Source of the DNA: a cyanobacterium endosymbiont of Epithemia turgida isolate EtSB Lake Yunoko
Lineage (GTDB): Bacteria; Cyanobacteriota; Cyanobacteriia; Cyanobacteriales; Microcystaceae
Assembly: GCF_000829235.1 (NCBI RefSeq)
Contig: NZ_AP012549.1
Coordinates: 1,350,001 to 1,382,000 of the forward strand
Direction of reading: 5' to 3'
Length of the DNA: 32,000 bases
In this document: positions 10,275 to 20,516 of the stretch, piece by piece
Layout of the letters: every line of letters begins with the position of its first letter
How positions within the stretch are numbered: position 1 is the first letter of the stretch
Position numbers and translations under genes: made by a program
The notes under the pieces: generated by a model
What the model was told of the DNA's origin: nothing
Seen by the model: the letters and a program-made list of their open reading frames with translations, nothing else
Databases searched by the model: none

Positions 10275-10579
10275 GTGGTTCTTGGTATTATAACTGTACC
10301 TCTACCAAATCAAGATCTAACCGAGATTTCTGTAGGGCTTCATCTCCTCGACATTGCAAAAATTAGTGAAGTTGAGCATAGTTTCATTATTGATTTTTAT
10401 TTAGGATCGCAATCATACAACCAGCAACCATCATGATGAAATTAGCATTTTGGTCATATTTTTGCCAAGTTATTCCCCACATTACCCTAGCTACAGCTAC
10501 TATGATCAGTTTGACTACCTATTTAATTTGTGCTGCTTTAAGAGTTATCCCGTACGGACTGTTTAACCGCAGAGAATAA
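10275..10579 (+). pseudogene. possible relic of a pentameric ligand-gated ion channel (Cys-loop/GLIC-type) gene, frameshifted and internally deleted
   Basis: The open segment 10275-10432 reads VVLGIITVPLPNQDLTEISVGLHLLDIAKISEVEHSFIIDFYLGSQSYNQQPS*. It resembles the start of the pLGIC extracellular domain (PLxVxVGxxLxxIxxIDxxxxxFxxDxYLxQxWxDxRL). The shifted 48-codon ORF at 10433-10579 (MMKLAFWSYFCQVIPHITLATATMISLTTYLICAAL...) is TM-like. This assignment is from recalled family patterns only. Confidence 0.3.
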
Positions 10580-10931
10580 GGATCATTGTCGCGATTTATT
10601 AGTTTTTGTTGTTTTGGTAGAGTCAGTAATTAACATTAATACCTGAAAGTTATCAGCTGGTAGTTTTACTATGATATAATGGCAATATTATCTCAAATCA
10701 TTAGGATATAGCTCCTATAGTAATTTTTATTCAGATAAATAAAAGTGAAAAAACAGAGAAAATATTAGTTATATTAAAGAATGAAAATGTACTCCATAGA
10801 TATCCCCACTAAAATAATAAAAAAATCACAGTAAAACCAATTGATCAACTGAGGCAGAACTGCTTAATATTATTGAACAGGTTTTAAAAGACAAAAACTA
10901 TGCTACTTTTCATACAAGTGAGTATTTACTC

Positions 10932-11045
10932 ACGGGAAGAAATTAATATTGAAGATAATATTGCACCATATTTAATTTAATTTAAAAACGGGAAGAAATT
11001 AATATTGAAGATAATATTGCACCATATTTAATTTAATTTAAAAAC
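10932..11045. repeat. perfect tandem duplication, 56-bp unit x 2.04
   Basis: 10932-10989 is identical base for base to 10988-11045 (period 56): acgggaagaaattaatattgaagataatattgcaccatatttaatttaatttaaaaac. It lies in non-coding AT-rich DNA. Confidence 0.95.
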
Positions 11046-12489
11046 TTAAGTAAACTAACGAATACATTTTATGGATTTTCAGTTTACTTAAACTGAGTTT
11101 ATTTTAACAAACCCGTAGTTGATTTAGCCATAATTTATTATTTTAACGTAGCAACTAAATAAAAATAAACTTATAGAAAATATATCAATAATCTAGAAAA
11201 AAATATTGTATTAATTAGAATGCTCGCTACATTGAATGTTTTCGCTATTTTCACTCTTAAACGATTAATAACTAAAGATATTTTTTAAAAAATTAACTAA
11301 AATGTTAACATCTTAACTCTTGACAAGAGTTAGAAAAAGGATAGGATATACAACAATAGTAAAAGTCGTATTTTTATACTCTTATTCTCATAATTCTTAA
11401 TTTATTGAAAATGGTTAGTTAAAGATTAAATTTTAAAAAAATCTCAATAATACCGAAATTATATCATACCAAATCAAGCGATAAATTTAGTAACTAATGA
11501 AAATATAGCCAGACAGTTTATCCCACTACTATTATTATGAATAATATAATTGAAAACCACTACTACAAGTTATATTGTATTTGGTATTTTCAGCACTAAA
11601 CTCGGTATGTTCCAAATCTTTTGTCGGAAAATGGGACGAGTAATTTTTTTCACTGTGATTCACGGCATAGCTATGTACTATCATTGATATCAAAATTCTT
11701 AAAAAATTCATTACAATTTCTTTACATAAAAATTTTAGATAATTAGAAACTACTCTTGTGAAGAATTTCCTTCGTCAATAATGTTGTTTTACATGGTATC
11801 TGACAGAATAATATTAATCTAAGCAGAATTTTCTAAAGATATTAAAAGAATAGGAGTCAATATCCTTACATTTATTGTCGCCAAAAACTCAGTACAACAC
11901 TATTATAAATATTACCATTGGCAATAAAAACTCCTACTAGAGGGGAATAAAAAGCCCCTTGTAATCAAAAAGATACTCTAAATTATAATGAGTATCTCTT
12001 CCGGTATTAGCTATTTCAGATAGATCTAATAGTTGAACTACAGGAGAGTTTAAAATATAAAAAAGAATAGGTTGAAAATCCCAAAATAATGAAACGTCTA
12101 ACATAGTTGAAAGTACCTCTAATTAATTCTATTTTTTCAAGCACTAATCAGCTTTTCTAAAAAATTTAACATGAGCCCAACATTTTTTTAGTTATATACA
12201 CAAATTTACTTGTTGAAGCAACAGAATAATACCTTACTATCTCATCATTTTTTTCTATAGAGGAGCTAAAATTATAATTATTTTCAATCTTTTTTTCTGA
12301 ATTTATATCTTTGAGAATTTTTCATTTACATTTTGAAGCTTCTAAAGCACTAAAAAAAATTTTTATATCTTTGGTGTTTAGATTTTTCACTTCCTGACTC
12401 AGAATAAACTCCAACCTTTTTAACTCATTTTAATACTTTTATATTGTAAATAACGTTTCACCTTATAAACAGACAATTATTACCTAATC

Positions 12490-13362
12490 TTATTTAACCA
12501 AAGGAAATCCTAATTCATCACGTTGTTGTAAATATGATCTAGCAACTTCTCGGGCTAAATTGCGAATACGGCCAATATAACGAGTTCTTTCGGCTACTGC
12601 GATAACTCCCCGTGCATCCAACAAATTAAAGCTGTGGGAACATTTCAGAATATAATCTAAACTCGGCAATACTAACCCTCGTTTAAGGAGTTGTTTGGCT
12701 TCTTGCTCATATAGTTCAAATAGTTTAAACAATAATTCTGGATCAGAGGCTTTAAAATTATAGATACACTGTTCTATCTCACTTTTTAGAAAAATATCAC
12801 CATAATTAACCTGATCGTTCCACTGAATTTTGGTAATGGCTTCTACATCTTGGAGGTACATAGCTAACCGTTCCAACCCATAGGTAATCTCGATAGAAAC
12901 GGGACGACAATCAATCCCCCCACATTGTTGAAAATAGGTGAACTGGGTAATTTCCATGCCATCTAACCAAACTTCCCAACCTACACCCCAGGCGCCTAGA
13001 GTAGGAGACTCCCAATTATCCTCGACAAAACGAATATCATGATCTTCAGGATGAATTCCTAACTTTCTGAGAGAATCAAGATAAGTTTCTTGAATATTAT
13101 TAGGAGAGGGTTTAATAAGTACCTGATATTGAAAATAGTGCTGAAAGCGATTAGGGTTTTCTCCATAGCGGCCATCTGTTGGCCGGCGACAGGGTTCTAC
13201 ATAGGCTACTGCCCAAGGTTCAGGTCCAATTGCCCGCAAGAAGGTATGAGGACTCATAGTTCCTGCTCCCTTCTCTGTGTCATAGGGTTGAGTGATCAAG
13301 CACCCACAATCGCCCCAAAACTCATGCAATTTAGTAATGATTTCTTGAAAATTAATCGACAT
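12490..13362 (-). CDS. glyQ: glycine--tRNA ligase alpha subunit
   Basis: 290 aa with an ATG start. [12 protein letters not shown]...[26 protein letters not shown]...[19 protein letters not shown]...[10 protein letters not shown] is a near-invariant GlyQ sequence over the full length. Confidence 0.95.
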   Translation of the reverse strand: MSINFQEIITKLHEFWGDCGCLITQPYDTEKGAGTMSPHTFLRAIGPEPWAVAYVEPCRRPTDGRYGENPNRFQHYFQYQVLIKPSPNNIQETYLDSLRKLGIHPEDHDIRFVEDNWESPTLGAWGVGWEVWLDGMEITQFTYFQQCGGIDCRPVSIEITYGLERLAMYLQDVEAITKIQWNDQVNYGDIFLKSEIEQCIYNFKASDPELLFKLFELYEQEAKQLLKRGLVLPSLDYILKCSHSFNLLDARGVIAVAERTRYIGRIRNLAREVARSYLQQRDELGFPLVK

Positions 13363-15819
13363 TTAATACCCTCACGTTCTAAAACAAATCTAAATAAATT
13401 GTCTAACTTCCATTTTGACACTCTGACTATTATATTTTCAAGGATTATCTTGATTTATCTGAACTATAATTCACAGCGGAACGTGTTGAAGCAAGAATGG
13501 GAAACCCAAAAAAGAGAATGGTTTTTGTTTTTTCTTAAAATGTTAGTTTACTGAACAATGAACAAAATGTATCAGTCATCAGTCTCAATGTCCTTGAGAC
13601 TAACATGGACACTAGTAATTAGGTAGACTTAAATTTAAATAGATACAAAATAGAAAAGTACTTGAGCAAAGTTATCACTAGTTAGATAAATATTAGTATA
13701 CTTGAAAATTTAGCTAATAAAATTAGAAGAAAAAAAATTATTTAATTTAACTTAACTTAACTTACAACTTAACAATCATCTCCAGAATAAAAATAAAAAC
13801 AGAAATATTATGTTTACTTGCAACAGGATAGAAAATTTTATAAACTGCAGATTTGCTAAAAATTTCAAGAATATCATTAAGAAAACAATTTCTAGATAGA
13901 TTATGCAAGAAACAGAATGATTGTGAAATTTTTCGACGGACCATTTGTTTAAGAGCTTGTCATTAAGATTTTTATCTCTACTATTGAAAATAATATTGCT
14001 ATAAGAAGAAAGTATACATATTAGGAGGTAAAGCGATCAGCTTATTGATATTTTGCTCTAATATATGCTGCGGAGACATTACTTGGTGGTATAATTTGCT
14101 GTGAATATTGGCTAGTTACTTGTATTGTTCCCACAACTTTTTTATTTAAGGACGGTATCTTTAACAAATAGAATTAAGTTTGTTTATTTTTTTATTTAAT
14201 TTTCCTGAGCTTTTCTGTCCTTATTTTCCCAAGTTACCACATCTTCGGGCATGCTGTTGATGTTGACACTTAGGAATAAAACAATCTTGTTGTGGAAAAG
14301 ATTATACAAAAATAATGTTACTCTGTAACAGAAGAGTGAACAAAAATATTATTAATAATCTACTATTAAATTTAATATTTAAGATCCACTTAGGTATTTT
14401 TAGTGCATTTATATTTTTATAAATGACAAATTCACTTCGGAAAATTAATACTGAGATATGAGGTTTTAAGTTTTCTTGACAACTGATGTCTTTCCTAGAA
14501 GTTTTTGTAAAAAATTTACAAAAAACCTTTAGAATTAAATTATATTTATCCCATTTTCTATTTATTAAGATAGTTGTAATAAATGATAATTTTTACCAAT
14601 AGCTGCTAGCGACTGTTGTGCTAGGAATAAGCGAAACCTAAAGTTGAACTTTCTAACCTTTAGATTAAAATTATTTAGTCAACTTGTAGATTAATTAACT
14701 TTTAAGGTAGGGTTTGTGGGGATAGGCAAAATACGGCATTTTAAAAGAAATTGAACATCATAATACTCCTTGTTTTCCAGAAAATTTGCGGACTTAATTG
14801 TGAGCATAAAATAAACAATACTTGATATTTTCTACAGAATTAACATAATGTTCTAAGCTGGGGGTTTGTAATCATTGTTAAGCTAAATCTCAATAATTTA
14901 TCCATATTAGGTTAGGAGTATCTAATGATAGAGAAAGGGTAATATTTAAGGTCGCGCTGTTTTCAGTCAAAAAGAGACTTTAAGCTAACTTCCGCCTTTT
15001 ATCAGTAGCCACGTTCCAGGTAATTCCATACATTCAGGTAGAAAAGTAATTGAGGTTTCGTAGTTTTCCAAACTCGGAGAAAGACTTTCTATCTTAAGTT
15101 ATGAGGCATTTCACTTCCACACAATGTTGATAGCGCCAGTACAGTTGTCGGAACAGAATAGAATTACCTCACTGACACCGCAGCACTATGTCTTTGTCTT
15201 TTGTCTAAGTTTGGCTGTCTGCCAACATGATTGCGCCTTACTTCACCAGTCAATCCATTTACTTACACTGAGAAGTTATTTAAAAGTTCAATGAATGACG
15301 AAGAACAATGAATATCTGTCCAGCTTTTAAAAAGTTGTTATTCAAATGTCATGTTAATGCAGTTGTCTATATGTCTATCAAATTTATATTGGAGAGGAAA
15401 AGATAAATCAATAGTGGATAAACTGATGCAAGAAGATCAGTCAAGAAGTTTTTAACAATACCTTTTTGAAAAAGTCCCTTTTGCTTTAGCTTGCTGCAAA
15501 TTTGATTGCGGTTTTATTAACTGTTATAGCTGTTATTTATTAAATACCTGCAGTAACGCACTAAGTCCAATTAATCCTAATTGCTTTGTGTCCTTTATTG
15601 TACTCTATCTCTCTTCCTATCTTATTAAACTTTATCAAAAATACAGTTTTTTTTATTTAAAATACTTTTTTACAAGATAGTGACTCATTAAAATATAAAT
15701 TTTGAGATTAGTGAAAAATATATATTAATGGTGTAAGCAGTTAATAATTTAGGAAATTTACTTGTAGTCTTATCAAAAATAAAATCTTTGTTTTGCAAGT
15801 AAAATATTTAAGATCATAA

Positions 15820-16950
15820 TTATTGATTAGTTATTAGTAAACGAGAGTCTAAAAATCTATCCATCCACATTTCTAAATAAGCACGATTAATTTTTCTCTG
15901 CTCAAATTTAGTTGTATTTAAAGAATAAGGAGCTAAGCTTTTAATAGCGGCTGTCATTACACAAAACATAGATTTCTGGAAAGTCTGACAAATTTTTACT
16001 AATAAGTCGTCTTCTTGACGAATACTTTTTTGGTAAAATTGATGAAGGTAGCTTGGTAGATAGTGTCTCATATCATGCATCAATAGAGTAGGTGGAATTC
16101 CTGCACATCCTATAGAGAGAGGATCAGCGTATAAAGCGCCATAAGTAAATAAACCTTGTTCTTGGGGAATTTGATAAGCTTGAGCGTTGTAAGAAACAGT
16201 TCCCAAAAAGGGAGTTCCTCGAAAAAAAATTGATTCTATATAAGGAACTGCTGTGTCATGTAAAAAAGTCAACCCAACAGATTTAGGAATAATATCGTAG
16301 CCTTTATTAAAAATAATAACTTGATAATAAATCGGTTTATTAGCATTTTTAACTAACCTATCTAAAATATGTTCAACTACTTGTGAAATTGAGTTAATTT
16401 CTTCTTTGTCATAACAATCAGAAAGAGACAAAAATATATCAGCCATGACTCGCCAAAATTGTCCTAAGCTACTATAGTAGGACATCATTCTTATCTGTTC
16501 AGGTAAAAATTCATGAAAAATCTTATCTAAAGCTAACATTAAAAAATTATTCTTAAATTTAGCTTTAATAACCTGTTTAGCAGTTTCTTTAAACTCTGGG
16601 GTATCTAAGTATTTATCTAGTCCTCCTCCCCCATGCCACATCATAGACTTCATACAATATTCAGCATACTCAAAATTAATACGGTCATGACACCAATGGT
16701 CCAATAATTTTGGGAAGGAAACCTCACCATTGAAATTTTTAAAAAAAGGAAATATTATTAAAAATTGATTTTCAGCAATATAAATTAAATTACGGGAATA
16801 AGCATCTAATATCATTCCATAACTCTTTAAAATACCTACCACTTCAAGAACATTGTTAGGCGAGTTTTTTAGAAGTGCTTCCCCTTGTTCTAAACGATAG
16901 ATATATTCAGCAAGAGGATGGCAAGAAGGCTTCAGTTGAATAGTAATCAT
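15820..16950 (-). CDS. cupB: CO2 hydration protein ChpX/CupB (NDH-1MS' CO2-uptake complex subunit)
   Basis: 376 aa with an ATG start. HPLAEYIYRLEQGEALLKNSPNNVLEVVGILKSYGMILDAYSRNLIYIAENQFL and the later WHGGGGLDKYLD and YADPLSIGCAGIPPTLLMHDMRHYLP blocks match the cyanobacteria-specific ChpX/ChpY family. The size fits ChpX rather than the longer ChpY. Confidence 0.88.
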   Translation of the reverse strand: MITIQLKPSCHPLAEYIYRLEQGEALLKNSPNNVLEVVGILKSYGMILDAYSRNLIYIAENQFLIIFPFFKNFNGEVSFPKLLDHWCHDRINFEYAEYCMKSMMWHGGGGLDKYLDTPEFKETAKQVIKAKFKNNFLMLALDKIFHEFLPEQIRMMSYYSSLGQFWRVMADIFLSLSDCYDKEEINSISQVVEHILDRLVKNANKPIYYQVIIFNKGYDIIPKSVGLTFLHDTAVPYIESIFFRGTPFLGTVSYNAQAYQIPQEQGLFTYGALYADPLSIGCAGIPPTLLMHDMRHYLPSYLHQFYQKSIRQEDDLLVKICQTFQKSMFCVMTAAIKSLAPYSLNTTKFEQRKINRAYLEMWMDRFLDSRLLITNQ

Positions 16951-17092
16951 AATATATTTATTAAGTTTTTGTTGAGGGTTTAATTTAATGATTGTAGAAA
17001 ATTGATCGCCTGCTATAGTTCTACACGAAAGGATTTATATCCCCCACCTTGTGTGTTAATTTACCAATACTGATGGTACACATTGCTATATA

Positions 17093-17761
17093 ATGGAGGA
17101 TGTGATTCCCAAACGCTACCATCGATTAAAACAAGTTCTAAACCGACGGCAACCGGATTTAACCGTCCTGACTGAGGACGTCCATAAACCTCATAATCTA
17201 TCTGCAATTATACGCACCTGCGACGCTGTAGGAATCTTCGAAGTTCATAGTGTTAATGTTAAGGCAGAATTACCTACTTTCTCTCAGGTATCTCAGGGCA
17301 GCGAAAAATGGATTTTTCTGAATACCCATCCTGATACTAGAACAGCAATAAGTTACCTTAAAAACCAAAAATTTAGGGTCTATGCAGCTCATTTTAGTTC
17401 CAAATCCTTAGACTATCGTCAGATAGATTATACTAAACCTAGTGCCATCATTTTTGGAGCAGAAAAATGGGGCGTTACTAAAGAAGCAGCTCAATTAGCC
17501 GACGAACATATTGTTATTCCCATGTTGGGAATGGTGCAATCTCTCAATGTGTCTGTAGCTGCTGCAGTGATTTTATTTGAAGCGCAACGTCAACGGTTAG
17601 CAGCAAACATATATGATAATACTCGCCTAGAGTCTGAAATATATGATCAAGTTTTATTTGAATGGGGCTATGCTGAAATAGCACGAGTTTGCCGCGAACA
17701 AGGAATATCTTATCCCATTTTGGGAGAGAATGGAGAAATAAAAGAAGGCTTTTCTAAGTAG
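17093..17761 (+). CDS. trmH: tRNA (guanosine(18)-2'-O)-methyltransferase, SpoU/TrmH family
   Basis: 222 aa. The protein has RQPDLTVLTEDVHKPHNLSAIIRTCDAVG (motif 1), IIFGAEKWGV (motif 2) and IPMLGMVQSLNVSVAAAVILFE (motif 3) of SPOUT TrmH enzymes. Confidence 0.9.
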   Translation: MEDVIPKRYHRLKQVLNRRQPDLTVLTEDVHKPHNLSAIIRTCDAVGIFEVHSVNVKAELPTFSQVSQGSEKWIFLNTHPDTRTAISYLKNQKFRVYAAHFSSKSLDYRQIDYTKPSAIIFGAEKWGVTKEAAQLADEHIVIPMLGMVQSLNVSVAAAVILFEAQRQRLAANIYDNTRLESEIYDQVLFEWGYAEIARVCREQGISYPILGENGEIKEGFSK

Positions 17762-18559
17762 TTCTACATCAATAAACGATTCTATTTTAAGAACTACTAA
17801 GGAGTCATCTAAACTGTCAACTCATGCTGATAAACTCGAAAAGTTGCCTAAAATAATAGGCTTAAATAAAACTTAAAACTAATAGAAACGTCAGTTGGTG
17901 TATGTTTTACACTAGGTTTTTACCTGGTTGAATAAGATTTAGATTTTTCTGTTTAGTTTTAACTTAGTCAACTTTTTCAGGTTTCTAGTTTTTAACCAGA
18001 AATCTTCCCACTTATAAACTATTTTTTTCTAAGCGTGATTAGATAGAAATGATACAAACTATCGCCGATTCATGTTTATCTTCGAACACGAATCGGCTAA
18101 TTTATCTTCTTTTATTTTTTGCCATCCATTTTCAACTATTGGAAATAAAAATATAACTATCATTTTTAAAACTAGTCTATATTAGAGCTATCTTTTTATT
18201 TCTAATAAATTAGATATATATATTTTTTTATGGATATGTTTATTTTTTTTCTTTTTTTAAAAAAAGTGATAGCTTGCCAAGGATTAAAGTCTAATTTATC
18301 TAGATATTGTAAATATTTTTTTATAGCCAACTTTATATTAAATTAAAAACTAACAAAAGTCTAAGTACTTTGTTAAACAACATGATACTAGAACTAGAAT
18401 TAAAATAGACATTTTATGAAGAAATAATATTACTTAACAGAATATAAATTTTCCTTATTAAAAATTAGAAAACCCTAGCTTAAGTTTTAAATACCTAGAG
18501 TAAATAGCTAAATAAAAAGTATTTTATCTATATAAAGTTGAATTTAATGATAGAGAGAA

Positions 18560-19020
18560 TTATTTATATAGTCTTAGAGCAGTAAGATTCTATGCTCTAA
18601 AATTTAAAAAGAAGAAAGAAAAAAGAAAGAAATAATTAGATTAGTGCTTTAAAAGAAAGAAAGATTTTTTCTACTTTCACTGTTGATGAGAGTTGTAATG
18701 AAGATCTATTTAAAGTTTAGTTATCTCAAAATTTAATTTATTAGTTGGAACTAGAAAATATCATTATTTTAGATAATGCCATTTATTATGAATGAGCAAC
18801 CATTAAAGAAATACTAGAAAACCCTGGATGTGAACTATGGTATCTACCACCTAACTTTTTAGATTAAAACAAAATTTATAATTGGTATTTTTTTGTAAAA
18901 ACTTAGTTTAAATAAATATTAACCAAATTTAAAATAGTTAGATAATATGTGGACGCTTCTTTCGAAAAGTATCCTAAGGCTTTTAGACCCTGCAATACCA
19001 ATATATCACCTTTCAAAAAT
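18560..19020 (+). mobile_element. decayed IS630/Tc1-mariner-family transposase gene (relic, non-functional)
   Basis: A single frame reads ...KKKERNN*ISALKERKIFSTFTVDESCNEDLFKV*LSQNLIY*LELENIIILDNAIYYE*ATIKEILENPGCELWYLPPNFLD*NKIYNWYFFVKT*... It matches the family signatures vfvDEsG, LDNAxxH and GCELxYLPPYSPDLNPIExxW. The second D and the E position are exactly 35 residues apart. There are at least 7 in-frame stops, and the first and second catalytic D are only 29 residues apart, which implies an internal deletion. I found no terminal inverted repeats. Confidence 0.6.
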
Positions 19021-19206
19021 AATTATAATTACTAAAATCAATCATAGTATAAATTTTTTACTATTTTTATAAATTCTTAAATCAAGATTTTAACTTCTAG
19101 TGTTATTGACTAAAGCGTTATGTATTTTCCATAAATTATAGCGACTGTTTTTATTTAAATAAATTAAAATTAAGAAGTAAAAAATATTAGTTTTACTAAT
19201 AAATAA

Positions 19207-19255
19207 AGTCTTATTCAAAAGATATTATTAGTAATAATATCTTTTGAATAAGACT
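19207..19255. repeat. 49-nt perfect palindrome (24-bp arms around one central base)
   Basis: agtcttattcaaaagatattatta (19207-19230), g, taataatatcttttgaataagact (19232-19255). The arms are exact reverse complements. Confidence 0.95.
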
Positions 19256-20516
19256 AATTAATCAACGCAGTAACTAGCAGAACATTTTTAAGTAAATTAA
19301 AGTTTTGTTAGTTATCTTCTTGACAGTCATGAAGTAATAACAATATTATATTATATTATGATTATTTCCTTATGGACAAAAAAACTTTCCTTGATTGTGA
19401 CAGAATAGGTTCATATCATATAATAATTTATAAAATAAAAGAATAATTACACTCTACAAGCACTAGGCATTCGTATACACAAAAAATAAGTTTTACAGTT
19501 TATCTTTGCACCATTTATCGCTTGATCCACAAAATTAACTTAATCCAAAAATAAATTATTTCTTATAATGTTTACATATTCAGACCTAAATTTTTTTAAC
19601 AAAATTATTGTTTTACTGAAAAAAGTCAAATGTCATATAAATAACAATATTTATTCCGTTATTTTTTCGTAAATATTAAGTTTTAAATAATAAATAAATT
19701 AATAATTTTTTTGATTGTATTTAAATAATAAAAATAATGGTATAGTAGTTGCTGAAAAAATATATCATCAGGAATAATTAACTGACTAGTAAAATAAAAT
19801 AATCAGATAGTTGACAGATGTTATATAAAAAAAATTTATATTTTTCTTTGTTTTTTCTGATTTTAGCTAAAATAAAACCTATTAATAAAAAATAAAAGAT
19901 ATTTATAAACTCAGGAATTTTCTGATTACATGGACTTTAATAAAACGCTTTTTTGGCAATTTATTAAAGACATAATTGCCTAGTTTATTCACTACAAGGA
20001 AGAAAATAGATCTTTTTTTGTACTCAACTTTTTTCTTACTCTCTCATTAATTTTTTAAACTTTTTATTAAATACAAAGATATAGAAATACTTGTTGTTAA
20101 TGATATTTGCTAATAGACAGCGTACTTTTAAGAGAGTATTTAATACAGGCACACCTAGGAATATTGTTATCACCCACAATATGAATTTAATAGTGGTAAT
20201 TACTGGAAAACTAAACCCTCTTAAAATAGACAGTATTTAGGAATATTTATGTTAAGTATAGAATGTTTGTAAAATTTAAGTAAGATAATTAATTGTTGAA
20301 AATCTAAAAATTTTTATTATCCTCTAAATAGGGTTTAAAAACTTGAAATATTGAGACTAAATATACCGTTATTATTAAGTAATATGCTATTTAAATTAGA
20401 GCTAAATGTTAATTATAATTAAGTTATGTAATTTATTTAATTTTATTTTTTGTTAATTTTTTCTAAATCAAAAAAAATCCGACATTTTCTAAATAGTAAA
20501 CATAAAAACTACTATA

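Noticed and set aside
11937-12104. A 55-codon ATG ORF on the - strand, downstream of glyQ (MLDVSLFWDFQPILFYILNSPVVQLLDLSEIANTGRDTHYNLEYLFDYKGLFIPL*).
   Set aside because: It is below the size threshold with no motif and no supporting signals. It may be a remnant but is unverifiable here.
13762-13944. 60-aa ORF in a spacer. 23024-23227 (67 aa, - strand) is similar.
   Set aside because: These are barely above the size cut-off and made of AT-rich codons (F/I/K/N/L-rich). No family is recognisable, 23024-23227 has no ATG (the + strand shows aat at 23225-23227, i.e. an ATT start), and neither has any supporting signal. Most likely they are chance open frames.
9020-15800. A near-identical 20-nt string, aaaatctt(t)gttttgcaagt, lies at ~9020-9039 and 15781-15800. 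Both copies are just 3' of genes.
   Set aside because: It has one indel and forms only a 4-bp stem, and the rough chance expectation is of order 0.5 per window. That is not enough to call a shared terminator or repeat family. A genome-wide count could revive it.
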